A stretch of 64,000 bases of DNA from the NCBI GenBank assembly GCA_016932415.1, contig JAFGCX010000011.1:104115-168114 (forward strand), written 5' to 3'. Position numbers and translations under genes: made by a program. Source of the DNA: Candidatus Krumholzibacteriota bacterium. GTDB lineage: Bacteria > Krumholzibacteriota > Krumholzibacteriia > Krumholzibacteriales > Krumholzibacteriaceae. The notes below the pieces were generated by a model. The model had not been told where the DNA came from, ran no database searches, and saw only the letters and a program-made list of their open reading frames with translations. Shown in pieces: positions 1-8,760 of this stretch (position 1 is the first letter of the stretch; each line of letters opens with the position of its first letter).

Positions 1-969
1 TTTGAATTTTCCTTCGTCAAGATACTTCCCCGCTGCCGCTGTCATATCCGCGGGCGAAGGATCGACGGCGAGATCGAGGTTGTAACCGTATAGTGTCTTC
101 CCCGGCTGTTCGCGTGAGCAGAAGAGACAGCTGTTCGTGCAGCTTGAAGTTGGATTTATATAGAGCCTGTCGCCGATCGAATACGCCACGCTTGCAGGCA
201 GATCTCGCTCTCCATGCATCAGTCTGCGATAGTTCACCTCCGCGGCCCGTTCGATGTCGGAGACCCCCACGCTCCTGAGCCCGGCGAATTTTTCGGCGAT
301 GATCTTTACGTAGGCCGGTTCGTTCCTTTTTCCCCTGTACGGGACGGGCGTAAGGTAGGGACAATCCGTTTCGAGGACGAATCCAGAGGAAGGGAGCCTC
401 TCGACGATATCGGGAAGCTTCGAATTCTTGTACGTCAGCGGTCCGCCTATTCCCACAATAAACCCGAGTTCAAGTATCTTTGCCAGTTCGTCAGGCCCTC
501 CCGAGAACGCGTGGAATATCCCACCCGCTCGCGAAGCGCCCTCTTCCTCAAGTATCCTTACAAGATCCTCGAAAGCGTCCCTGCAATGGATGACTATCGG
601 TTTCGAAAACCGCAGCGCCAGCCCGATCTGCCTTCTCAACACATCCTGCTGGACATCTCTCGGGGAAAGGTCCCTGTAGTAATCGAGGCCGATCTCCCCC
701 ACGGCGAGGACTTTCTTTTTGAGAAGAAGAGGTTTGATCTTTTCCTCGAGAGAGGGAGACCAGTCGGTCGCGTGATGAGGATGTATGCCCGCGGCAGCGT
801 ATATTCCCGGATATTTTTCCGCCAGCGCGATCGTGGCGTCGATAGAGGAAGGATCATATCCAACGTTGAGGATCTCCCCTATCCCGGCCTTCCCGGCTCT
901 TTCCATCACTTCACCGAAGTCGTCCCTGAACTCGGACATATTGAGATGAGCGTGAGAATCAATCAGCAT
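1..969 (-). CDS. TatD-family metal-dependent hydrolase/DNase fused to a C-terminal radical SAM domain (C-terminus runs off the left window edge)
   Basis: Minus-strand frame is open from the ATG at 969 to position 1, checked codon by codon for 1-240. N-terminus MLIDSHAHL matches the TatD start. Translation continues past the TatD domain (~255 aa) into ...SIGDRLYINPTSSCTNSCLFCSRE..., a CxxxCxxC radical-SAM cluster motif. Absent from the ORF track only because there is no in-window stop. Start lies 8 nt after the metG stop. Confidence 0.8.
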   Translation of the reverse strand, partial: MLIDSHAHLNMSEFRDDFGEVMERAGKAGIGEILNVGYDPSSIDATIALAEKYPGIYAAAGIHPHHATDWSPSLEEKIKPLLLKKKVLAVGEIGLDYYRDLSPRDVQQDVLRRQIGLALRFSKPIVIHCRDAFEDLVRILEEEGASRAGGIFHAFSGGPDELAKILELGFIVGIGGPLTYKNSKLPDIVERLPSSGFVLETDCPYLTPVPYRGKRNEPAYVKIIAEKFAGLRSVGVSDIERAAEVNYRRLMHGERDLPASVAYSIGDRLYINPTSSCTNSCLFCSREQPGKTLYGYNLDLAVDPSPADMTAAAGKYLDEGKFK

Positions 970-976
970 ATCTCTG

Positions 977-2515
977 TCAATCCTTGAAAATATCTTCCGG
1001 ATCTTCCTGTATTCTCGGAAAAAGAGGGGAGGGCTGACTTATCTTTACCGCCGCGCAGCTTTTCGGAGGAAGATCGTCCAGCGAAAGGCCATCCTGACCG
1101 AGCTGCCCTGACAGCTCTTTCATGCGCTCCGGCATAAAGGGGGAAAGGACGACGGCCGAGCTCCTGAGCACGGCAAGCAGTTCCCTGAAAACCGCTTTCA
1201 ACTCCTCCTTTTTTGATTCGTCTTTCGCCAGAACCCATGGGCTTTTTTCCTCTATATACCTGTTCGCTCTCTGTATGACAGTCCAGAAAGCCCCTAGCGC
1301 CCTGGAGAATTCAAGGTTTTCCATATTCTCCCGGTATCCATCGAGAGCGGTGGCAAGATCTTCGTAAAGATCGTTGCGCGAATCGAAAGGCGCCTCGTCG
1401 ATATTCCCGCCAAGATATTTCGAGATCATCGCGAGGGTCCTGCTGGAAAGATTCCCGAGTTCGTTCGCCAGGTCGGCATTATATCTGTTTACCAAAATAT
1501 CGACAGATATATCCCCGTCCTTGTCGAACGGGACTTCCCTCATGAGAAGATACCGGAGAGGATCAGCTCCGAAGACTGCCGCCATCTTTGCCGGATCCAG
1601 AATATTTCCCCGCGATTTGCTCATCTTCTCCCCGGCGAGCGATATGAATCCGTGAGCAAAGACGCTTTTCGGCAGTTCTACTCCCGCGGCCATAAGCATC
1701 GAGGGCCATATTACGCAGTGGAACCTTGTTATATCCTTGCCGATCACATGAAAATCGGCGGGCCAGTACTTTTCGAATGCGCCGCTTTCTTCCCCGCCGT
1801 AATCGAGAGCTGAGATATAGTTGGTCAGAGCGTCGAACCATACATAGACGACATGACCGGGATCGATCGGGAGAGGGATCCCCCACGCTACTCCCGCTCT
1901 TGATATCGAGACGTCATGAAGTCCGCTCTTTATCACGTTAAGCACTTCGTTCGCCCTCGTCTTCGGCCTGATGAAACCTGGATTCTTCTCGATATGATCG
2001 AGAAGCGGTTTCTCGAATTTAGACAGGGCGAAGAAATAGTTCTCCTCGCTGATACTTTTCGGCGCCTGCTTGTGGCTGGGGCATAGCCCGTCGACCAGGT
2101 CTTTCTCGCTGATGAATTCCTCGCACGATTCGCAGTAGAGTCCTTCGTATTTTCCCTTATAGATATATCCATTCTCGTGGATCCTGGTGAACAGGCAGCT
2201 GACTGCCTTTTCGTGCCGCTTCTCCGTCGTATGTATGAAATCGTCGTACGAGATATTCAGTTTTTTCCAGGTCCCGGTGAATTCTTCCGACATGATCCTG
2301 CAATAATCGAGCGGTTCCATATCTCTTTTTCGAGCTTCGCGTTCGACATTTGTGCTGTGCTCGTCGTTGCCCATCACAAAATGCGTCTCGAACCCGCAGA
2401 GCCTTTTGTACCTTGCCATACAATCGGCCCCGATCTTTTCATACGCCGTCCCAAGGTGGGGTTTCTGGTTCACGTAGTCGATCGCAGTCGTGATATAGAA
2501 CCTCTTTTTACTCAT
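977..2515 (-). CDS. metG: Methionyl-tRNA synthetase (short form without C-terminal tRNA-binding domain)
   Basis: Class I aaRS with KMSKS and Zn-knuckle cysteines. Start moved to MSKKRFYITTAIDY (ATG at 2515), preceded by GGGAGAAGG. Track ORF extends to 2533. Confidence 0.9.
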   Translation of the reverse strand: MSKKRFYITTAIDYVNQKPHLGTAYEKIGADCMARYKRLCGFETHFVMGNDEHSTNVEREARKRDMEPLDYCRIMSEEFTGTWKKLNISYDDFIHTTEKRHEKAVSCLFTRIHENGYIYKGKYEGLYCESCEEFISEKDLVDGLCPSHKQAPKSISEENYFFALSKFEKPLLDHIEKNPGFIRPKTRANEVLNVIKSGLHDVSISRAGVAWGIPLPIDPGHVVYVWFDALTNYISALDYGGEESGAFEKYWPADFHVIGKDITRFHCVIWPSMLMAAGVELPKSVFAHGFISLAGEKMSKSRGNILDPAKMAAVFGADPLRYLLMREVPFDKDGDISVDILVNRYNADLANELGNLSSRTLAMISKYLGGNIDEAPFDSRNDLYEDLATALDGYRENMENLEFSRALGAFWTVIQRANRYIEEKSPWVLAKDESKKEELKAVFRELLAVLRSSAVVLSPFMPERMKELSGQLGQDGLSLDDLPPKSCAAVKISQPSPLFPRIQEDPEDIFKD

Positions 2516-2529
2516 CCTTCTCCCGATCG

Positions 2530-3414
2530 TCATTCGTCAAGATCTTCATCCTTGAATTTCTTGAGCAGTTCTTCCTCGTCAATGATCTCATCCTCGGGTT
2601 CTTCCTCGATCTCGCATATCCCGAGTTCTTCCCTGAATTTATCAAGAGATATCTCTATCGTATTGGCATCCTCGTCAGTAAGAGAGATCGTCTCGTTGAA
2701 CAGGTTGATCTTGTCCAGCCTGTGTCTCGATCCGAAACATTTTATCTTGCTCCCGACTTTCGGGATGTCCTTCATCAGTTCCATATAATCAGACAGTTCG
2801 TACGCGAGGCAGCACATGAGCCTCCCGCAGGCGCCGGATATCTTTGCCGGTGTCAGCGGCAGGTTCTGATCTTTCGCCATTTTGAGCGTCACCGGTTCGA
2901 AGTCCTTGAGAAAAGTCGAGCAGCACAGCCTGCGGCCGCACATCCCCATGCCGTCGAATCTTCGCGCTTCGTCCCTTACGCCGATCTGCCGCAGATCGAT
3001 CCTCGTCCTGAAAACAGAGGCGAGGTCCTTGACGAGTTCCCTGAAATCGATCCTGCCGTCCGAAGTAAAGTAGAAGGTGATCTTGTTTCCGTCGAACTGG
3101 TACTCAACGTCGACGAGTTTCATGTCGAGTTTATGGCTTTCCGCTTTTTCCTGGCATATCGAGAGAGCTTCCTTTTCCTTCTCCCTCACCTCTTTCATCA
3201 TCTCGAGATCTTTATCGGTAGCGTGCCGGACGACTTCTTTCGCGTTTACCGGGATATCCCTGGCATGTACCTGCGCGAGCGAGATTATAAGACCCATATC
3301 TTCACCGCGGTCAGCCTGAACTATGCAATAGTTACCTTTTCTGAGATAAAGGGCTCTTGAGTTTTTGAAATATTCTTTTCTTTGAGCTTTGAACTGGATC
3401 TCTACGATTTCCAT
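2530..3414 (-). CDS. ricT: PSP1-domain protein RicT/YaaT
   Basis: Very strong similarity to B. subtilis YaaT: DMKLVDVEYQFDGNKITFYFTSDGRIDFRELVKDLASVFRTRIDLRQIGVRDE, plus the conserved Cys cluster CGRRLCC...CGRLMCC. Confidence 0.85.
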   Translation of the reverse strand: MEIVEIQFKAQRKEYFKNSRALYLRKGNYCIVQADRGEDMGLIISLAQVHARDIPVNAKEVVRHATDKDLEMMKEVREKEKEALSICQEKAESHKLDMKLVDVEYQFDGNKITFYFTSDGRIDFRELVKDLASVFRTRIDLRQIGVRDEARRFDGMGMCGRRLCCSTFLKDFEPVTLKMAKDQNLPLTPAKISGACGRLMCCLAYELSDYMELMKDIPKVGSKIKCFGSRHRLDKINLFNETISLTDEDANTIEISLDKFREELGICEIEEEPEDEIIDEEELLKKFKDEDLDE

Positions 3415-3509
3415 GAGAGCATCTCACCCCAGTCGATGTTATTGTTGAAAAGGGCAGCAGCAATCTGCTTTCTGTCCCTTCATCACCTGCTTTACGGTGT
3501 AAAAGGAAT

Positions 3510-4604
3510 CTAATACCACTTCCCTGCCAAATCAAGGAGGAGTTGGTCCCACATAAGTTCGACGTCGATGTTCCTTCTCAATCCCTGCGAGGCCAGATTC
3601 ACTTTTCTGATGTCGGCACTGATATCCCTTCCCGCGGCAATATCGATCAAGTCTTTTCCCAATTCCTTCCCCAGCGCCACTGCTTCGCGCGGCGGAAGAG
3701 CCCCGGCGTTGAAAAGCAGTACCTGCCGCAGAAGGGATGTCATTTCTTTCAGAAGCGCGGCGGTTTCTTCGCGCGTATATTCATCGGCCATGACCTCCGC
3801 CTCGCCAGGAATCTGGCGCGCCTTGCCTTCAATGACGAGCTTCAGCGCCTGGACGGCGTCATTTCGAAGCCTCAGAAACCTTTCGTCAAGAAAATCAGTC
3901 CCCCGGCGAAGATTTCCACCAGCCCGCAGAGCCAGTTCTCCCGCCTCTTTCTTTTCGACAGAATAGAATTTTTCAAGAAACTTCGCCGTCGTGCTCTCCG
4001 GAAGGTGATCGAATCTGATCTCCTGGCACCTGGAAAGGATCGTCGGAAGAAGCCGTTCGGGAAATTCGGTCACCAGAATAAGAACGGCCGACGAAGGAGG
4101 CTCTTCCAGAAGCTTGAGAAAAGCATTTTGCGCCTCGATTGTCGCCATGTGCGCCTCAAAAAGTATTACCGGAGAATATTTTCCCTCGAAAGGATGTTTC
4201 GACAGCGTCTCGACAAGCATCCTTATAATATCGATCCCGATGCTCCTCGCCTTGCTTCCGAACTCTCCCTTTTCGAAAAAATTCTCCCTTCTGCTTTCGA
4301 TGATCACCGGAAGGGTCTTCTCGACCGGTCCGGACGGAAGCGGATAGACAAGATGGAGATCGGGATACTCCAGCCTTCCCGCTTTCAGGCATGCCGGGCA
4401 TCTTTCTGCGGGGCACCTGTCCGGCGCGAGGCAGTTGAGTCTCGACGCGAGGGAAAAGGCGGCAAGTTCTTTTCCGGAACCTTCCGGTCCGGTAAAGAGA
4501 AGCGAAGACGGGATCTTTCCCGTCTCAAGCATCGTTGATATTATCTCCGCCTGCCTTTGCTGACCTTTCGCGATCAGCGAAGCTGCACCAAGGATATCGA
4601 TCAC
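3510..4604 (-). CDS. holB: DNA polymerase III delta-prime subunit
   Basis: AAA+ clamp-loader motifs (LLFTGPEGSGKELAA) and Zn-module CPAERCPACLK. Position upstream of ricT as in Firmicutes. Confidence 0.85.
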   Translation of the reverse strand: MIDILGAASLIAKGQQRQAEIISTMLETGKIPSSLLFTGPEGSGKELAAFSLASRLNCLAPDRCPAERCPACLKAGRLEYPDLHLVYPLPSGPVEKTLPVIIESRRENFFEKGEFGSKARSIGIDIIRMLVETLSKHPFEGKYSPVILFEAHMATIEAQNAFLKLLEEPPSSAVLILVTEFPERLLPTILSRCQEIRFDHLPESTTAKFLEKFYSVEKKEAGELALRAGGNLRRGTDFLDERFLRLRNDAVQALKLVIEGKARQIPGEAEVMADEYTREETAALLKEMTSLLRQVLLFNAGALPPREAVALGKELGKDLIDIAAGRDISADIRKVNLASQGLRRNIDVELMWDQLLLDLAGKWY

Positions 4605-5797
4605 TTTCCCCCTTTCTCAAGCCATTCTCCCGGATCAAGCGCCTTTTTTGATTTTCTTATCTCGAAATGCAGCGCGCTTTTCGCCACATCTCCCGGTCCG
4701 AGAGTCTCGGCGATCAACCCTCCCCTCTCGACCTGCGTCCCCTGTCTGGCGAAGATCTCGGCTATATGCGCGTAAAGAGTATAATAGCCGTCGCCGTGAT
4801 TTAGTATTATGCAGTTTCCATATCCGGGCAGGACACCTGAAAAATCCACACGCCCCCTTCCGACCGCCAGGACCGGCTCACCCGGCCTTGTCTCAATGTC
4901 TATCCCGGTATTATAGGTGACCGTCCCGAATTCAGGATGCTTGAACCTGCCGAACCTCTTTACAATATTTCCCGTTACCGGCCTGCTCAACCTGCCCTTT
5001 AACGAGGCAAAATCCTTTTCCCCGTATTCCCCCCATGCCTGGGCCTGTTCGATCCTTGCCTTTTCAAGTTCCTCTATGAAATTCTGCATCTTCTTCTCGG
5101 CTTCGGCAAGCTCGGCGACTTTTTTCTCGTATCCCTTTTTGTCAGATTGTATTTTCCCGACGATATCTTTCTGTTTTTTCTCATTCTGTCTCAGTTTCCC
5201 GAGTTCTTCCCTTTTTTCTTTGCTGGATATCGAGACTTCAAAAAGGACCTGGGTAATCTGCGATTCCTGCTCCCTGATCTCTTCCCTGCGTTTCCTGACG
5301 TCCTCGACCAGGTCGGCATCCCTTTCGGCGATCAGCGAGATAAATTTATATCTTTGAAGCAGATCGGCAAAATTCTCCGCTTCGAGGATCTCCGCCCACG
5401 TGTGCCTCGGCCCGTTTTTATATATCTCTCTCAACCGCCTGGAAAGGACTTCCCGCCTTTGCCAGTATATCTGTTCGTTCATTTCGAGGTCGACCCTGAG
5501 GCTTTCCGAGCTTTCTTCAAGCATCGCCTTTTTCTCTTCGAGCCCATCGAGGAGCTTACCGGTCAGCGCGGCTTCTTCCCTGAGTTTTTTCAGATATTCC
5601 GATTCGTTTTTTTCCCGTTTCTCAAGATCTTTTATCTTCTTTCTCTGCTGTTCGATCTGGCTGCGAAGGTCCTGCAATTCGTTTTCTTTCTTTGTTATCT
5701 TTCCACTCAGATCGTTTTCCTGGGCGTGCCCCGGCTCCACGAGAAGCGCCGCCGCGAGTGCAAGGTGGCAGATGATTATTTTTGCAAGGTATCTCAT
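4601..5797 (-). CDS. envC: EnvC-like murein hydrolase activator (signal peptide, long coiled coil, degenerate LytM/M23 domain)
   Basis: N-terminal signal peptide, ~250 aa coiled coil rich in E/K/R/Q, and a C-terminal LytM-like domain lacking the HxH pair (ALHFE instead of HLHFE), as in catalytically inactive EnvC. Directly downstream of ftsEX. Confidence 0.75.
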   Translation of the reverse strand: MRYLAKIIICHLALAAALLVEPGHAQENDLSGKITKKENELQDLRSQIEQQRKKIKDLEKREKNESEYLKKLREEAALTGKLLDGLEEKKAMLEESSESLRVDLEMNEQIYWQRREVLSRRLREIYKNGPRHTWAEILEAENFADLLQRYKFISLIAERDADLVEDVRKRREEIREQESQITQVLFEVSISSKEKREELGKLRQNEKKQKDIVGKIQSDKKGYEKKVAELAEAEKKMQNFIEELEKARIEQAQAWGEYGEKDFASLKGRLSRPVTGNIVKRFGRFKHPEFGTVTYNTGIDIETRPGEPVLAVGRGRVDFSGVLPGYGNCIILNHGDGYYTLYAHIAEIFARQGTQVERGGLIAETLGPGDVAKSALHFEIRKSKKALDPGEWLEKGGK

Positions 5798-5813
5798 TAG
5801 ACTATAGAACGGT

Positions 5814-6683
5814 TTATGATCTTAAAAATCTCCTCAGGGCGGCATAACTTCCTACCGCGCCGAGCAGGGCGCAGAGAAAGACGAAGAGCGCTATAGCGTC
5901 CAGTCGAATAAAGACGAGGTCATGGATATATCGACTGGCAAACGCGTGGATGACTCCGAGCAGCCCCACGGCCAGGATCGAAGATACGATTCCCTGCAAA
6001 GCCCCCTCTATTATGAAGGGGATCTCAATATATCTGTTTGTCGCCCCGACGAGCTTGAGGATATCTATCGTTGCCCTGCTGTTGAATATCGTCAACCTGA
6101 CAGTATTCGAAATCACGAATATCACGGAAAGAAAGACTATAAGGCCAAGGACAAGGTCTATTATGTAAAAGCTTCTCACCAGCCTCTCGCCCTTTTCGAA
6201 CCACCGCTTTCCGAACCTTACTTCTTCGACTCCTTCCCAGGCGGCGATCCTTCCGGCAATCGCGTCCATCATACCACTACTTACATACCCTTCCTTCAGC
6301 TTGAGCCTGTATGCGTCAGGCAGCGGGTTGGAGTCAAGGGCATCGAGAAGCTCGTTCCCTTCTCCGAGAGTCTCCCGAAAATCTACGAGCGCTTCCTCCC
6401 TGGAGATAAAGACGACTTCCTCGACGCCTGTCTCCGATAACAATTTCACCTGGATCTCCCTGGACCGTTCTTCGTCAAGACCCTCGTCGAGATAAACGTA
6501 CATCCTCGTCTCTTTGCTTGTTTTGTCTATGAAACCGGCGATATTGAGGGTCACCATCAGAAAAACGACCAGTATCAGCAGAGACAGCCCCATGATGATC
6601 ACTGAGATCAGATTCGCAGTCTTGCGTCTCCAGAGCATGCTGACTGATTCGTCGAGTATGTACCTGAATTCGTTTATCTTCAT
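5814..6683 (-). CDS. ftsX: Cell-division ABC transporter permease FtsX
   Basis: 4-TM FtsX-like architecture with a large periplasmic loop. Follows ftsE with a 4-nt overlap. Confidence 0.8.
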   Translation of the reverse strand: MKINEFRYILDESVSMLWRRKTANLISVIIMGLSLLILVVFLMVTLNIAGFIDKTSKETRMYVYLDEGLDEERSREIQVKLLSETGVEEVVFISREEALVDFRETLGEGNELLDALDSNPLPDAYRLKLKEGYVSSGMMDAIAGRIAAWEGVEEVRFGKRWFEKGERLVRSFYIIDLVLGLIVFLSVIFVISNTVRLTIFNSRATIDILKLVGATNRYIEIPFIIEGALQGIVSSILAVGLLGVIHAFASRYIHDLVFIRLDAIALFVFLCALLGAVGSYAALRRFLRS

Positions 6684-7462
6684 TCTTCGTCCCCGCCGGT
6701 TATTTCATGCCCCGAAAGTCTTTCGGCGCTTTCGCTGACGCTTGATTCGTCTATCCTGTCTCTGATGTCACCTATATAGATTTTTTCGCTGTCCCTTACT
6801 ATCGTGCCGTTTTCAAGATATATGATCCTCTGTCCGAAACTTCTGACAAGGTTTATGTCATGAGTAGCCATCAGGACGGCAGTGCCGCCGGCATTTATTT
6901 TAAACAGAAGCTCAAGTATATTCTTTGTCGCGACAGGATCGAGATTTCCGGTCGGTTCGTCGGCGAGAAGGATCGACGGTCTGTTCGCCACGGCCCTTGC
7001 TATCGCCACTCGCTGCTGTTCTCCACCGGATAGAGTCCGGGGATATTCGTACCGTTTGTGATAAAGTCCTACCCGCGTGAGAATGTCAGTCATCTGGCGC
7101 TTGATCTCACCCATCCGCAGACCTGTCACCTTCATCGCCAGCGCTATATTCTCAAAGACCGTGCGATCGTCCAGGAGCCGGAAATCCTGAAAGATGATCC
7201 CCATTCTTCGTCGAAGGTCCGGGATTGTCTTTCTTTTCATCCTCGATGAGACGTACGGGCCAACGACGACTTCTCCCGAGGCGGGAATATCATCCATATA
7301 CAGCATCTTCAGGAGTGTGCTCTTTCCGGCGCCGCTCGGACCGACAAGAAAGACGATCTCTCCATTCGAGATCTGGAGATTGACGTCTGTCAGGCTGAAA
7401 TGCCTGCCCAGATCCTTTGAAAGGTGATAGACCCCCGCGATTATCCTTTTTTCCTGCGTCAT
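6680..7462 (-). CDS. ftsE: Cell-division ABC transporter ATPase FtsE
   Basis: Walker A GPSGAGKSTLLK, signature LSGGEQQRVAIARA, Walker B ILLADEPTGNLD. Start moved to MTQEKRIIAGVY (7462) to match FtsE N-termini and remove the overlap with pdxA. Track ORF runs to 7516. Confidence 0.9.
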   Translation of the reverse strand: MTQEKRIIAGVYHLSKDLGRHFSLTDVNLQISNGEIVFLVGPSGAGKSTLLKMLYMDDIPASGEVVVGPYVSSRMKRKTIPDLRRRMGIIFQDFRLLDDRTVFENIALAMKVTGLRMGEIKRQMTDILTRVGLYHKRYEYPRTLSGGEQQRVAIARAVANRPSILLADEPTGNLDPVATKNILELLFKINAGGTAVLMATHDINLVRSFGQRIIYLENGTIVRDSEKIYIGDIRDRIDESSVSESAERLSGHEITGGDEE

Positions 7463-7469
7463 CCCGATA

Positions 7470-8483
7470 TCAGACCCCTGTTTTTTCCTTCCTCTTCGAG
7501 AGACACTGCTCGGCAAGAGTGAGAGCCGCTTCGAGGCTTCCGGTCGAGGCGACAGACTTTCCCGCGATATCGTAGGCTGTTCCGTGACAGACCGAAGTCC
7601 TGATAATCGGAAGCCCTATCGTCATATTAACTCCGCCGGTGAATCCGTTGATCTTGAAAGGTATCATGCCCTGATCATGATAAAGGGCGATAAAAGCGTC
7701 TGCTTTTTTATTCTCCCGGGAACAGAAAAGAGTGTCGGCGGGGACGGGGCCGTCCGCGTCTATCCCTTCGGCCCTTAACTTTTCAATGGCAGGCGCTATT
7801 ATATCGATCTCTTCCCTTCCGTTTATCCCTCCATCGCCGGCATGCGGATTGAGCGCGGCGACCCTGATCACGGGGGCCTTAATCCCGAAATCCCTGACAA
7901 GGGAATCCCTCGTGACCCTCACTCCCGTAATTATGAGATCTTCCGTTATCTGAGCGGAGACGCCGGCGAGAGGAATATCTCTCGTCAATATCAGTATCCT
8001 CAGCTTTCCCGAGACCATCAGCATCTGGCAATCGGGCGCGTCCATCAATTCCGACAACATCGCCGTATGGCCGTTATAATGATAGCCCCCGAGATGAAGC
8101 GCTTCTTTCGATGCCGGACCCGTCACTATCCCATCGATGAGTCCCTGTTTCGCCATATTTATCGCCAGTTCGACCGAACGGCCCGAGATCAGGCCGCTTT
8201 CAGCGGAGGGACATCCCTGTTCGACGTCAAGACCCCCGGTAAGATCGATGAACGCGGGAAATGCCACCGGTCTCTTTCCCGAAAGAGCCTCTTCCGCCGT
8301 AACCGCCTCTGCCGCGACCGACACTTCCTCTCCGAGTTCCTTGTTCATCGGCCCGAGACTACCTATGATCCATAGATCCGATCGGTCCAGCCGGCCCCTT
8401 CCGAGTAATGTCGTGACGATCTCGGGACCTATTCCCGCCGGGTCGCCGATCGTGAGCGCGATCCTCCGCCTTGTCTCACGCAT
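7470..8483 (-). CDS. pdxA: 4-hydroxythreonine-4-phosphate dehydrogenase PdxA
   Basis: IALTIGDPAGIGPEI N-terminal motif and PdxA family length. Alternative upstream start at 8507. Confidence 0.85.
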   Translation of the reverse strand: MRETRRRIALTIGDPAGIGPEIVTTLLGRGRLDRSDLWIIGSLGPMNKELGEEVSVAAEAVTAEEALSGKRPVAFPAFIDLTGGLDVEQGCPSAESGLISGRSVELAINMAKQGLIDGIVTGPASKEALHLGGYHYNGHTAMLSELMDAPDCQMLMVSGKLRILILTRDIPLAGVSAQITEDLIITGVRVTRDSLVRDFGIKAPVIRVAALNPHAGDGGINGREEIDIIAPAIEKLRAEGIDADGPVPADTLFCSRENKKADAFIALYHDQGMIPFKINGFTGGVNMTIGLPIIRTSVCHGTAYDIAGKSVASTGSLEAALTLAEQCLSKRKEKTGV

Positions 8484-8760
8484 TCCAGCCTCCACTGTCT
8501 CCTTCAAGAGGAGTCTCCCGGATGACTCTGAAGTATTCCGCTCTGTCCTTCCTTGAAATCTGCCCGGTGGGGATCCGCGTAAGTTCGATCACCGTCAGCC
8601 GTTCAGGAAACCTTATTTCCACTCTGTCTCCGATCGAGACGATGCTGGAAGGTTTTACGGCCCTTCCATTGAGCTTTATGCTCCCCGCTTCGCATCCTTT
8701 TCTCGCAAGGGTGCGCGTCTTGATCAGACATAGCGCTTTGAGCAGCAGGTCGATCCTCAT
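8476..8760 (-). CDS. S4-domain RNA-binding protein (Hsp15/YabO-like)
   Basis: 94 aa with S4-like basic fold (KALCLIKTRTLARKGCEAGSIKLNGRAVKPSSIV). 4-nt stop/start overlap with the upstream surA-like gene. Confidence 0.55.
   Translation of the reverse strand: MRIDLLLKALCLIKTRTLARKGCEAGSIKLNGRAVKPSSIVSIGDRVEIRFPERLTVIELTRIPTGQISRKDRAEYFRVIRETPLEGDSGGWNA

Noticed and set aside
214-987. 257-aa plus-strand ORF from the track covering the start of the window
   Set aside because: Antisense shadow of the minus-strand TatD gene. It has no recognisable motifs, whereas the opposite strand begins MLIDSHAHL and is clearly TatD.
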